Shown here one piece after another: positions 25,560 through 39,470 of a stretch of 64,000 nucleotides of DNA. Location of the stretch: positions 64,919,548-64,983,547 of the forward strand of contig NC_057718.1 of NCBI RefSeq assembly GCF_004010195.1, given 5' to 3'. The first letter of the stretch is position 1. Each line of letters begins with the position of its first letter. The position numbers and the translations under genes are program-made. Under the pieces are notes generated by a model, which saw only the letters and a program-made list of their open reading frames with translations, searched no databases and was not told the DNA's origin. Source of the DNA: Chiloscyllium plagiosum. Lineage: Eukaryota.

Positions 25560-26730
25560 ACATTGTCTAAAAAATTCTATTACTCGAGTATAGACAGTAG
25601 ATAAGGGAGAACCAGTGAACATGATGTATTTAATTTTCAGAAGGCTTTTCAGAAGGTCTCTCACAAGCGGTAAGTGGGCAAAGTTAAAGCACATGAGATA
25701 GACAGTAATATACTGACTTGGATCAAGAATTGGCTGACAGATGGAAAACAGGATGTGGGAATACATGTGTTTTTTCCAAGTGCAGGCAGTAGCTAGTGGG
25801 CTATGGCAAGGACTAGTGCTTTTTACAATTTTTACAATATTTATTTACTATTTGCTATTTACAATGTGTATATAAATTTCCTTGAAGAGGGAACCCAATT
25901 AAACATTTCCAAGTTTGCTGATGACACAAAACTGGTAGGATTGTGAGTTGTGACGAGGAGGCAAGGAAGTTTCAAGGTGATTTGGACAAGTGGGATGAAT
26001 GTGCAAATACATGGCATACGCTGTACAATGTGGCTAAAACTGAAGTTATACATGCTAGAGCGAAAAACTGTAAAGAAGAATACTATTTAAATGGTCATAC
26101 ATTGGGAAGTGTGGATATCCAAAGGAATCTGGGTGTCCTTATGCAATCAAGCAATTAGGAAAGCAAACAGTATATTCGCCTTAATTACAAAAGGATTCAA
26201 ATTCAGAAATAGGGATGTCTTAGTGCAGTTATATCAGGCCTTAGTGGGACCATACTTTGGATAATGCATGCAGCTTTGGTCACCCTACCTAAGAAACTTA
26301 CCATTAAAGGGATTGCACTGGCAGTTTACCAGGCCATTACCAGAGATGGCAGGACTGTCCTATGAGGAGAGATTCGTTCAACTGAGCCTGCATTCAATAG
26401 AATTTAGAAGGGTGAGAGGTGATCTGATTGAAACATATAAAACCTTAACAAGTTGGACAGATTAAATAGTGGGAGGACTCCCTGATTGGGGAATCTTGAA
26501 ACCAAGTCATAGTCTCAGGATATGGTGTAGACCATTTTATATTGAGATGAGGAAATGTTTCTTCATTCAAAGGATAGTAAACCTGTGCAATTCTCTACAA
26601 CAAAAGACTGTGGAGGCCAAGTCACTGAATACATTCAGGAGATAGATACATTTCTAGATTTTAAAGATATCAAGGGGTATTGGGAGAAGGTGGGAGTATT
26701 GTATTGTGTTATAGGATCAGCCACAATCTT
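25560..26730 (+). mobile_element. older CR1 RT fragment
   Basis: SKFADDTKL; EFRRVRGDLIETYK. Confidence 0.8.
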
Positions 26731-27779
26731 ACTGCTTCGACATTTCCATGAAGGGTGGACAAAGAGGAAAATCTTTCTGTACATCAGTGATACAGTAAAA
26801 AGACAATAATATTAATCAGTGAGTATTTCAAAAAACTTGACATTCATTGATTGTAACAAAAGCTAAAAGATAAAGTAAGCATGTATGTTTCTGATTATGT
26901 TAAAATATAAACACAAACAGTTTTCTATTTATGACAACATCCATGAATGAATAAAATATGGTATAAAATGCTGAAAAGTCCTTCTTGTACAAATATTCCC
27001 TTCCAAACTCTATTTGAGTACTAACGCAAGACCAAGACAATTTTCTTTCATCCTCAGCAGAGCTGAGCTCCAGTCCACTGGTTCAAACTGATACTTGTGC
27101 CAATTTTTTGCAGAAGATAAGCCTGCCGAATCCTAATGAAGTCTGGAAGTTAAAACAGCTTGAGTTTCGTATTTAGTTTCTTGCAGTATTTACCTGGCAT
27201 CTTGCCTTCTCTGAAAATATGCTTAGTTAGGCAGTAATGCAGAGAAAGGAGCGTTGGAATTTCTGGTGAGTAGATTACTATATTCAATTCATCATCATAT
27301 GATGCAACATGTGTTCAATTAATGGATAAGGAATCAAGCTGAGTGCAAATTAGTCCCCAGTTCCCAATGTCAGCTCCCGTCATGAAAGCTCTGAACTCAG
27401 TTTAAAATTTTCATCTGGATCTTTTAGCTAAAGTGATGAATATGTAGAAAGTATAACTCAATGGTGAAAATTAATTTGTATAACATTCCAACAACTGGAA
27501 TTAATTAAATTTAACAATAATGCATTCAGCTGATGAAGAAGTGCAGTTTAGGAATTAAGGAGGTCAAATTGATGAAGGTATCACCTCAATGCATATTTGC
27601 AGTTGAAAGAAAGGTAAATAAAGGTAAATAAAATCTAGATCCAACAGTTTTTAAAAGAAAGCCTTTAGCTTACCCAACTTAGGCATTTTAAAAACCTATT
27701 TTCTCATTTTCACATTGATGTTGGGAATGCTGGAATCAGTTATACTGACAAATTTGAAAGGAAAGCTCAAATAACTTAC

Positions 27780-27860
27780 CATAGTGCAATTTTACTATGA
27801 AAGGATGATTGACTTCAGCCAATATGTCACGTTCCATTTTTGACCTGACTCGATCACGTA
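27780..27860 (-). CDS. RPS6KA2: p90 RSK coding exon
   Basis: 81 bp, ttcag|TA...TATG|gtaagt; (V)[26 protein letters not shown](A); [12 protein letters not shown] is the RSK3-type sequence. Confidence 0.95.
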
Positions 27861-29239
27861 CTGAAAAGAAAATTAAGAATCGAGTTAAGGCATTACTCTC
27901 TATTTTAACTTTATAATTTTAACTTTAACATTACAATGAATTCCAGTTTGACCACATCAAATGCTTTTTAAACATACAACAGCAATGTGGCACCCTAGGC
28001 TTTGTTAATGAATTTTAGTTATATTCAACTACGCAATATTGCAATGGCTTCAATCATTTCAGTGAGAGGTGCTTGCTAAGGAAGTCAGTTTCTTAATCTT
28101 ATCCAGCCAGTTCTTAAAATATAGGTGTAGAAGGTCAGAGGTCAATTTTTTTCACTTCCTGAGCCAGCTGAAAAAAACCATGAAATAGCCTGCCTTGTTA
28201 CTCAACCCAGTGAACACGGATTTGTAAAACTGAAGCTTAGCATGTTGCAACAACTGAGTATAGAAAAATATTGAATATTATATTATTTTCTGTCAAATAG
28301 TATGAACATGCTCTACCAGTTTACTGGTTTATAATTGGCTCCATGGCAATATTAATCAGTCCATCTTCTGGAAGGTAAGTAGGTTCAAGTACAATGTTGC
28401 AATACAATCAAAACATAACAAAGGACTTCAGTGAGAGTAAAAACCTCCATCATGAGGTAGAAAATCTGCAAGTGGGGTCACTATATCTCAAGCAACTCAA
28501 ATATTTAATACACATTCCAAATCTGGGCCTCTGACGTAGCCTATGCAAAAATACAGATAGCTCACAAATTACACCATACCTAAATTTTCAATACAGGAAG
28601 ACAAAGAATTAAAAAGAAAGTGCAATGTGACACAGTTCTAGTATAACCTAAAGAGAAGCTTTGTTGAAATGTAATCAAATATTATTCTGTACACAAAAGC
28701 ATAGTTAGTACGAGGGAAATAAAAGCATGAGATTTCTGAAGGAGCATGTGAGTAGAGCAAAGCTTTGAGATCCTTCCTCCTACATCATGTGCTGATACAT
28801 ACATTGGCTGCTTAATCTGACTATCTCAGATCCAGGCCATGGGAATGCTACAGCAAAACTCCTGGTCATTCATCTTTTCATTGACACCTGAAACTTATTC
28901 TTCACTTCATTATATAATTGGTTCCAAGTGAACTGTGGCTCTTGATTCACATCACATGAAAACTCATCACATGATCATCATTGCAGAATCCGTGTGGTTT
29001 TACAAATAATGTGCAATTTCTTTTAAATCTTTCCATAATGCTCTGCATTTGTGACTGCACAAGGGAAGGAACTGTTCCATCTTAATCTGATAGATCATCA
29101 GAACAGTCCATAATTAATCTATACTGTGTGGGTGAGAATTTCATATTCAATCCCCAGTTTATGCTCACTGTGCAAATTTCAGAAAGATAAAAATAGAACA
29201 TTGAAATTAGCCTCAGTGCCCTTGGGGGGAGAGACAGAG

Positions 29240-29923
29240 GTGTTAGCAGCGTGGGCTGTTGGATACAGATGCAGGCTGTGTGGAGGGTCAGCCTTGGTGA
29301 TCTTAGACTTATAAAGAAAAAGACCTAAAATCAGATAAAAGATCTAAAAGCAGATAAAAGGTGGATATTCCAGGAGTGATGAAGCTAGTCAAACCACTTA
29401 GTTTTAAACAAAACAGAATTTATTTACAGACTACCAAACGAAACGCAAGCAAAAGAAAACAGATTTTTAGAATAACAGTTATTTAAAAACTGGGCCAACA
29501 CGATCTTCCCCGCAACTTAACAAAGAGCCGATTTCCCGCAACATCCCATAAACACACCCCGTGACAAAAAGGTAAATTCAAATACAGGTTCTTACAGGAG
29601 AGAGATACTGCAGAGAGGATCAGCCAGGGATCATTGGCTGAAATTGGAACCACTTTTTTCCCAGCACCTTCTTGGGGGTCCCAGCTAAAATTAAACCAAA
29701 CCAGAAAAATCCCTGAACTGGATACTCACCTTTCGTTGTACAAGTGTTTTAAAGTATAAACCAAACCTAAAAGTCCTTTTTCCTGATTGTTATCATGAGC
29801 AATATCTGTTAGCCATAATCGAAGTGGCCTAATCCCAGACAAATCAGAACCTCTGATTTTTACAACCGCTTTTGAAAAAGACCAAGGACAACATAACCTT
29901 GTTGAAGGAGCAGCATTGCCACA
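29240..29923 (-). mobile_element. possible solo LTR
   Basis: minus strand begins TGTGGCAATG; AATAAA at about 29420; left end and TSD not resolved. Confidence 0.3.
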
Positions 29924-31004
29924 TACCCTTCTTACATGCCATACGAACCTTTGTTCCCTACCAACCCTAAAGTTCCTCATCCCCTCCTGGAGAAGATCAT
30001 CATGAGATGCCTCCTTGAATCACTGCCATCCTTGGGGTGTAGATGCATTCACAGTACTATTAGTTTGGGAAATCCAGAATGTTAGTCCAGTGACAGTGAA
30101 GGACTAGTTCCAAGGACTAATAACGTAGTTCTAAGTTAGAATGGTATGTAGCTTGGAGAACTTGCAAATGTTGCATTCCCATGCATCTGTCTCCCTGTCC
30201 TTCTAGGTGGTGGAGGATAAGGATTGGAGGTTGCTGTTTGAAAAAGATTTTATAAGGTACTAGAGTGCATCTTGTAGATGGCACGCTGTGCTGTAATGTG
30301 CATCAATGGTGAAGGGACTGAGTGTTGGATGTGATGGAGTGGTGCCAATCAAGTGGAATGTTTTGTTCTAGATAGTGTTGAGCTGCTTAACTGAACTTTA
30401 ATCATTGTCCGTCTATGTATTCTCTTGGTATTTTATAACCCTGTGACAACTTAGTGCCAACTTTTGTCAAAGTTTCCATCATGAGTAGACCTCAGAATCC
30501 ATGGTGAAATTCAATAAAGTTCTTACCTGTCTATTGATTAATACCCAATTCAGAAGGCAACATCTGTGATTAAAAAGCAAATCATTACATTTAACTTCCT
30601 TTGAGTACTTAATCTCTTGTAGTCCCTTTTCAGATCAACTTTAGAAGCATTTGGAGTTATCAATCAAATTGTGTACTGTCATGAATCCACAATGACAAAG
30701 ATAAGTTGTGAAGTCAGTCATACTGAACCAATTATACAATGATGACCTTCAGGTTTTAACAATGCAGACAGTCTTTGTGAAGGACACTTGACCTCCCCTA
30801 AAGGACACCTTTCAATTGAGAACTGACTTAGACCAATGACCACATCCAAAAGGGCACTTTGCCTCTCTAAAAAAGCCTTCGAAATTTCGATTGTCTCCTA
30901 TAAAGTTCAAAGTACACAAATTGAGTTCTAGAAATTATATGAGCAAATATTAGTCCCAACTGAAGGGAACTGTAATTTTACATGTAGCAGGTACTGGCCA
31001 TTTG

Positions 31005-31358
31005 GGGAGGCATGGTGGCATAATGACTGGCACTGCTGTCTCACAGTGCTAGGGACCCAAGTTCAATTCCAGGTTCGGAGGCTGTCTGTGTGAAGCTTGT
31101 ACGTTCTCTCTGTGTCTCAGTGGGTTTTCACCAAATGCTCTGGCTTCCTCCCACAGTCCAAAGATGTGCAGGTTAAGTGGATTGGCCATGGTAAATAGTC
31201 CTGTAGTGTCCAGGGATGTGCAGGCTAGGTGGGTTAGCCATGTAAATGTGGTATTACAGGGAATGGGCTAGGTCTAGGTGGAATACTCTTCAAGGGGGGT
31301 CAGTGCAGACTTGATGGGCTGGATAGCATCTATCCACACTGCAGGGGTTCTATGATTG
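31005..31358 (+). mobile_element. HE1-type V-SINE (diverged)
   Basis: tRNA-like head, V domain and CR1-like tail. Confidence 0.8.
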
Positions 31359-32891
31359 TACTGGGTTCAGGGAAGGACTTTTGAATTCATGTTTTCAGGG
31401 CATTTTCACCACACAAAAATCAGGCATGGTTCAGTCCCCAACTGAATCCCTAAGTATTGGATTCATCTATTTTTCTACAAAGATTAAATGGTTCAACTTA
31501 TTTTATTCTTTGTTTTCACATGCAAGTATTGCAACTTTGAGAAGACCAAGTCAAATTTATCTTGGCAGCTGCCAGTACTGCAAATCTGCAGTGAATATTT
31601 TAAGCAGAAGAGATAATTACATTCCGTAATCAAGCAGTCTGTCACAGCTTCTAGTACTCGGAAGTGGATGGCAATTACCCAAAGTAAAAGTATTAACATT
31701 TTACCATGCTGCAGAGCAAATCTTAAACAAATTTTGAATACTGAATCCTGAAGAATTACTTTTACACCCTGCATTGAATGAAACTGATATTGTAAGAACA
31801 CACTACAGGGAACAACTTTGTCTAATCCATTCTTGATGTCACATAATCTTGTTGTGACAGCTCGCTGTACTTGACTTTCAATTACAATATCTATATACAA
31901 CAATGAAAGAAACTAAGCAAAATACAAAACTTGATGGAGACAGTAACAAAAAGATATGGGAATAATAAGGTAATATATTATATCAGCCAAACAAGGTACG
32001 CTAATACCAAAATTATACTGTAATCCACGTGTTAAATTCTATTGTGTTTCCACACCTTTAGGCAGAGTACATTTAAATGGTGACTCAATTGGTGATGATA
32101 GATATTTTAGATATAATTTTAAACTCCTGATTCTGAAGTGTGGAGAATGGAGTGCAGTGGGTCACTAAACAGATCAATGAAGGGCAAAACTACTTTATAT
32201 TGATCTAATTGGTCAGGAATTGCAATGGGTGGAGAGTTGAAGTGAACTGGAAGCAGTGGAAATCAGTACATCTTAAAAGGCATTGCGTAGCATAATTAAA
32301 AGAATGTGTTACTTAAAAGGTAAATGACCATATGAATGGATAAAACAATAGTTGAATTTCTGTCCTTAAGGTCAGCTAAATGCTGAAGAAAGAATCTGGG
32401 ATTCATCTTCTGGACATTGGAAAAATAATTTCTAGCCAAAGACCTCAGAGGGAATTTCATGGCCATTTCCAAACTGCTGGTGTGAAGATAAAAGTTAATG
32501 CCACCTTCTGATGGGCCATACACGATCACACATTCAGGCTGCTGAAGAAGATTCTGTACCCCTCTGCCTCTCTTAATATACTGGATGCTTTGGACCTGAC
32601 CAGTAATCCCCGCCTCCACATTCTGTAGAAGTAAATTGAATAAAATGTTCTGAGGAATCTACTTCCCCCATTTCCACAAGTTTAATGTAAGCCTCCCTAA
32701 ATGAGGATTGATGTATTCTGTACCAATTCAGTAGACCATAAGGGGAGAAGACAGGCACAGCAAAGTTGGGATGCAGTAGAGATGTACCAAACAATTCTAC
32801 TTCCCTCATATGCTGGAAAACAAGTGCCAGGGTACCAGGAACTCTGAAACAGGAAGATATTCATAACCTTAGAAAATTCTAAAGAACCTTT

Positions 32892-33332
32892 GGGTGGCAC
32901 GGTGGCTCAGTGGTTAGCACTGTAGCCTCACAGCACCAGGGACCCGGGTTCAATTCCTGCCTCGGGTGACAGTACATGTGGAGTTTGCACATTCTCCCTG
33001 TGTCTGTGTGGGTTTCCTCCCATGGGTGGCACGGTGGCTCAGTGGTTAGCACTGTTGCCTCACAGCACCAGGGACCTGGGTTCAATTCCTGCCTGGGTGA
33101 CAGTACATGTGGAGTTTGCACATTCTCCCTGTGTCTGTGTGGGTTTCCTCCCACCATCCAAAGATTTGCAGATCAGGTGAATTGGCAATGCTTAATTGCC
33201 CAGAGTATTTGGTGCATGAGTCAGGGGTAAATATAGAGTAGGGGAATGGGTCTGGGTGGGCTACTCTTCAGAGGGTTGGTGTGGACTTGTTGGGCCAGAG
33301 GGCCTGTTTCCATTCTATAGGGAATCTAATCT
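32892..33332 (+). mobile_element. HE1-type V-SINE with a tandemly duplicated 5' part
   Basis: 132-bp period; heads start at 32892 and 33024. Confidence 0.88.
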
Positions 33333-33699
33333 TTCAGCTAATGAAGCAGTTAAAAGGTATCATCTCTGTACCAGGTAGGAAACAGCAGCTAATGTGCATA
33401 AAGCCAAATAAAATGCAATGTAATAATGACCTGGAGTGAGGTAGTGAATGACTTTGTGAGTGAGTGAGTGACCAAGTAAACATGTCTGTGAGCGAGTGAT
33501 TCCATGAAGAAAGAGTTAAGAATAAGAAGGTGATAACAATCTTGAACTGCATGGTACTGCTACTACTATTGCTGCTTTTGCCACAACAACCTAATCTTCC
33601 TGACACCCACCTACTCAATAGTGCTAATAGCTCTCATTCAACATAAAAATCAACACCACATTTTGGTCTAATGCGACAGTGAGCCAATTAGTTTCTATA

Positions 33700-33960
33700 A
33701 AATAACGCCATGGGGTCTTTAATGTTCACCTAAGAAGAAAATTTGACTTATGACTAATTCAAAAGGTAGAAAGAAAGACTTCCATTTATATAATTTATTA
33801 TTTTTATTACCACCGAAGATTTCAGAATTCTTTACAGTCAAACAAATGACTTTGAAGTGCTGTAATATCGGAAAGACAGTACTTCCAATAGGTGTGATAC
33901 TCCTTCAACACTGTACAGAGGTGTCATCCTCCTACTTCACACTTTTGATACTAGATGCTG
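33700..33960 (-). mobile_element. DeuSINE remnants
   Basis: reverse complement resembles Deu-domain segments (AAAGA(T/C)CCCATGGC) and the TATATAAATG-type tail. Confidence 0.45.
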
Positions 33961-34349
33961 CCTTTCAGTTTTTTTCTGAAGTACCTATAGGGCTTTCTGA
34001 AGTACCTCTGGCCCAACATGTCCACACCGACCCTCTGAAGAGTAGCCCACCCAGACCCGTCCAATTGTAAGAGCGGGATGTATTACAAAATTGAATCCCT
34101 GGTCGGGGTACTGTATAATTTGTGCACCTATTTCTCCAACATTTATGGAACAATCTAGGTGGAATTTGATAGACATAAAAGTGAAATATTGCATGGAATG
34201 AAAGATAATTACTCCATACAGAATGCAGAATTTGCTAAGAATGAAGTTGAAAGACATGCAGAGGTTTTAGTGAATTCGGTGTTCAATATATCCAATTGTT
34301 GCTCATCAGCAATTAACCAAGCAAACTGAGAGCTAAACAATGTGACCTA

Positions 34350-35290
34350 AATAAACAGATGATATGTACAAGGTGTGATCAGTAACTTCACAGATGATAC
34401 CAAAATTGATTGTGTGACAAATAGCAAGGGGGAAATCCTTTGATGACAGAACGATACAGACAGGTTAATCAGATAGGCTGTATAGTGGCAAATGAAACAT
34501 AACCCTGAAAAGTTTGAGGTGATGTGTTTGGGAGAACCAACAAGGCAAGAGAACATATGTTGAGTGGCAGGATCCTAGGTAAAACAGTGAATCAGTGGGA
34601 TCTCAGTGTGCATGTCCATAGATTCTGGGAAGCAACAGGACAGGTAGATAAGGTGTTAAGAAAGTGTATGGATTTCTTGCCTTTATTAGTCAAGGCATTG
34701 AATACACAAGTAAGATGGAATTGATGGAATTGTATACATTGTTAGTTAGGCCACAGCTGGAGTATTGTGTGCATTTCTGGTCACCACACTATCGGAAGGA
34801 TATTAGAGTCATAGAGTCATAGAGATGTACAGCATGGAAACAGACCCTTCTGTCCATGCCGACCAGATATCGGGTGCAGAGCAGATGAACCAGGATGTTT
34901 CCTAGTCCGGAAAGCTACAGTCTTCTTCTTTACAGCAGAGAAGACTGAGGGAGGATCTGGTTAAGGTGTACAATGTTCTGAGGGGTATGGACAGGGTAGA
35001 TAGGGAGTAATGTTTTCCCTTAGTAGAGCAGTCAATAACTGAAAAGGTGGGGACCATTCGAGGAAATTTAAAAAGGTTTTTCATCTAGAGGGTGCTGAGT
35101 ATTTGGAACTTAAAAGGGAGGAACCCTGAAGACATTTAAGTATTCAGATGAGCACTTGAAATGGCATAGCATATAAGGCTATAGGCCAAATGCTAGAAAT
35201 GAGATCAGAATAGGTCAAGTCTTGACGATCAATGCAGACATAATAGGCTAAAGAGTCTCTATTCAGTGCTATGAAAGCCCTATGACTCTG
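34350..35290 (+). mobile_element. CR1 3' fragment
   Basis: TDDTKI, FWSPHYRKDI and RRLREDLVKVY motifs. Confidence 0.8.
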
Positions 35291-35934
35291 TGAGTGTGTG
35301 CTGAAAGAAGCAATGTCCAAATTAATACTGATTTTGAGATGTTGTGTGTTCCACAGTTGTTTTAAACAATTATCATCTTCATTACACACTTCTAAAATCT
35401 AATTTAAAATCATTCAGATGTTTTTAAAATAAAATCATCAAGATTTATAACCTTTTCTTTTACAACATTACAACTTACAATAAATATATAATAATCTGAA
35501 AGCATTAAGTGTCTTATAAACATCATTCAGCTTTCTCATGAGCCAATCTCTAAAGCAATGTAACATCAATATGATCACTGAGTATTTAAAAAGCTAATAA
35601 AATAATTTGCAAAAGGATATTGCATCTGTGTATACAAAACATAATACACAAAAGGTATATCAGAAATGATTTTGTACTTGGGCCAGGCTCCCTTCAGTGT
35701 TGTCCGTTCTTTCTCTAATTTCCAGTCATACTACTCAGAACAGGACATGCAAGCAGAGCATCAAACAGTGCAGCTGAAGTTAGAGGGCAGTTCTCTCATG
35801 ATTAGTCAGATCCTGGATTCTGCATTTATTTGTACTTGGCACATTATTTAAATACAAAATTGATGCATGATGTGAATGGGTCAAGACAAAAACATCTGAA
35901 TTTTATCTGAGACAAGTAATCACGTATAGGAAAA

Positions 35935-36135
35935 GTAAAGTCACTATAGTCCAACACTCTCATCAGAGAGAGATGACTGGTAGTGAGATTGAATTGAGTC
36001 ACCATCCCTCAGGAGAAAGCCAACATTGAGATGGCAGGACCTTCATGGTAACCTCAGCCTGTGCAAGAATTGAATCTGCATTGTTACCATCATTCAACAT
36101 CACAAACTTGTCATCCAACCAATTGAGCTAAACAG
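35935..36135 (-). mobile_element. diverged tRNA-derived SINE
   Basis: minus strand has TAGCTCAATTGG (A box) and GATTCAATTC (B-box-like). Confidence 0.5.
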
Positions 36136-37599
36136 CCCGAAATCAATTAGATAGAATAGCACAAAAGAGCAAAGTCGTTAAAGCAGATGGGACCTTCATA
36201 TTACGGCAGTTATTATGATCTGAATTGAAATGCAAATGCTTCCAGCCCACTTCAATGGATTGATCTTTAATTGGGTAAATGTATTGGGCTGGTTTTTCCA
36301 AGGAAGGCAATAGCAGGCATATTGACACTCAGTTTCTACTTTACACTGTTCAGAAAGTCCTCCATATTTCTGACAGCAGATTCCTTCAGAAATGTGGAGT
36401 ATCTTGAATTTAATAGGTCCCTTGGAGTGCAAGATAGTTGGAAAGTGTTAAACCATGCCCTCTTTTGCATTGCAGTGTTGGATGGGAGATATCAAGAATC
36501 TATAAAAATGAGAAAATAGTCCCTGTCATCTCCTCATATGCCCAAGTATCTAAACAAGCATTATATTCTTTATGCAAGTTGTGTCATGTCTGCTTTGTGT
36601 TTTCCTGGGACCACAAGAAATTTGCTTTCCTTTTAGTAAGCAATTATAAAGTGATTACACTGTTTAATCAATGCATTAACAGACAAAACAACCCCCTTGC
36701 TATATGCTGTATTATCAACTTAAACTTTATGTGTAAGATCTGTGGTGCATTCAGATACATATTACGATATTATTAATGCTGACAGAAGTTTCCATTTTAT
36801 GTGCTGGTTGTATTAGCTAAAAATAAGAGAGCATGATGTTCACTATTCTGACACAGGAAGAGACAATCTCCTGCATTGCACCTGTTATGGAATAAATCCA
36901 GTCTTAAATAAATAAGTGGAGGAGCAAATTACTCACTCTGAATGTTACATGCAGAAAGTAAATGCACCACTTGGAATCTGTGACAACAAAATCAATCAAA
37001 TTTCACAAAAGAATTGATTGATAGCAGTAACAACTGTGTTGTTATGATATTTTTCATCATGATCCCTCAATAGATGTCACAAACCCTCCAAAATAAAATC
37101 ACACCCGATGCATGCCTGCAGCTTCTACACTTACTATGTTGGGGCCATTGAACGACCATATCAAAGTCCTTCCGAAAACGTCTCAACACAAAATGCGAAT
37201 ACAGATATTTTGTAACTTTTAAAAAAAAAATTAGCATCAGTAACCAAGATAAGTAGGTGAAGTGAAATGGTTACAGAGTTTTCAAGTTAACCAATAAGAA
37301 TCAGTCACTGAAAAGGGAGTCTCATATCCAAACATTCCTTCAAAGTGTGGGAAATGGACGCCATGCCCCTATGTCTCATCCTTATCTCCACGCCCCCATC
37401 ACATCAAGTCTCTGTGCCCCATTTCTCCTCATCCCCTTCAACCCTCAGTCTACTTACACCACCTGCTTACTCTATACCTGCTCCCCACATCTCTTTCCTG
37501 CAAGTTCACTTACTCACCACATACCCCTCATCACATGTCTACTATCCCATCTCTTATATCCCTGAACTTGCCAGGCCCCTTCACTAACCCCATGCTCAC

Positions 37600-39470
37600 T
37601 TGAATCGAATTGAATTGAATTGAATCGAATTTATTGTCACATATACCGAGGCACAGTAAAAAGCTTTTGTCTTGTGAGCAATACAGGCTTAAATAGAGTT
37701 AAATAGCATAGATAAGTAAATAATAGGTAAACAGCGGCAAAACAAAACACAAGGAGAGGCAAATGCTAAGAGTTTGTGATTCCATTCAGTGTTCTAATAA
37801 CAGTAGGGTAGAAATTGTTTTGAAACCAGCTGGTGCATGTGTTCAAGCTTCTGTACCTTCTCCCCTATCGTAGAGGTTGTTGAAAAGCATTGCCAGAGTG
37901 GGATGGATCTTTAAGAAAGACCACCAGCATTCTTAAAGATCCATCCCATTCTGGCAATGCTTTTCTATAAACTCTACCATCAGGGAGAAGCCTGAACATA
38001 CGCACCAGCCGGTTTCGAAACAGGGTCCGGTAGATGGATTCTATAGATGGGAGGTTGGTCTTTATGATTGTCCAGACCAAGTTCACCACTCTCTGTAACC
38101 ATTTCCGATCTTGAATGGTACACTTGCCGTACCAGGTAGTGATACATCCAGACAGAATGTTCTCGATGGTACATCTATAAAAGTTGGTAAGGGTATTCGC
38201 CGCCATGCCAAATTTTCTCAGCTGCCTGAGGAAGGAGAGACATTGTTGGGCCTTTGTAACCAGCGCATCCACATAAAAGGTTCAAGAAAGCTTGTTGTGG
38301 ATGACCACTGCCAGGAGCTTAACACTCCCCACTTGTTCCACCCCTGTGCTATTATCGTGTAAGGGGGCATGAGTAACATTCCGCTGAAAGTCGATAATGA
38401 GTTCCTTGGTTTTGCCGGCATTGACAGCTAGGTTGGTATCAGTGCACCATTTTTTCAGGTCTTCCACCTCCTGTTTGTAGTCTATTTCGTCACCATCTGA
38501 GATTTGACCAACTGTGGTGGTGTCATCAGCGAACTTGTAAATGGCATTAGTCTGGTATTTGACAACGCAATCATGGGTATACAGTGAGTACAGTAGATGG
38601 CTGAGTACACACCCGTGGGGGGCTCCATTGTCGAGTGTTAGTGAGGATGAAATATTGTCCTCAATCTTCACTGATTGTGGCCTGCGGGTCAGGAAACTGA
38701 GGATCCAGTTGCAGAGAGTGGGGCTTAGTCCAAGGTCAGTAAGTTTAGTAATCAGTCTCAAGGGAATAATAGTGTTGAAGGCTGAACTGTAATCAATGAG
38801 TAGGATTCTTACGTAGCTGTTCTTGGTGTCAAGATGTTCTTGGGAGAGCTAAAGGACAAGTGATATAGTATCTGACGTCGATCTGTTGGTCCAATAGGTA
38901 AATTGGAGTGGGTCAAGAGTAGTGGGGAGGCTAGAGTTGATTAATGTCATGACCAGCCTTTCAAAGCACTTCATGACCACCAAAGTTAGGGCCACTGGGC
39001 GGTAATCATTGAGACATGCTGAATGAGCCTTCTTAGGCACAGGGATGATGTTGGCCCTCTTTAAACAGGCAGGGACAGTGGCCTGCTGCAGGGAGAGTTT
39101 GAAGATGTCTGAGAAGACCTGTGCCAGTTGATCTACGCATGCTCTGAGTGCACGACCTGGTACTCCATCTGGTCCCATCGCTTTCCTTAGATTCACACGA
39201 AGGAAAACTGATCTGACCTCTGATGCAGTGATGGTTGGGATTGGTTCACCAGGACTTGTTGGAATAAATGTTACCTCTCCACCAAAATTCTGCTCAAAGC
39301 GAGCATAGAAAGCATTGAGATAATCTGGGAGGGATATGCCATTGTCTGCTGTCTCTTTTTAAAACCTGTGATGTCATTCAGTCATTGCCATAGTTGCTGA
39401 GTGTCTGTCTGGATCGCTAGTTTGGATCGGTAATGGTCCTTGGCTATCTTAATGGCTCTGTGAAGGTCAT
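37600..39470 (-). mobile_element. Rex1/Babar-like LINE, 5'-truncated
   Basis: [49 protein letters not shown] and FYRCTIENILSGCITTWYG motifs; (ATTCA/ATTCG)n tail. Confidence 0.9.

Noticed and set aside
35666..35851. HQTVQLKL resembling the CA motif NGHTVQL
   Set aside because: Opposite strand to the CA exon, with no QSPI or NNGH motif and no matching splice structure.
37345..37587. SLLTPPA resembling the CA motif GSLTTPPC
   Set aside because: Low-complexity pyrimidine-rich tract on the wrong strand, lacking the surrounding motif.
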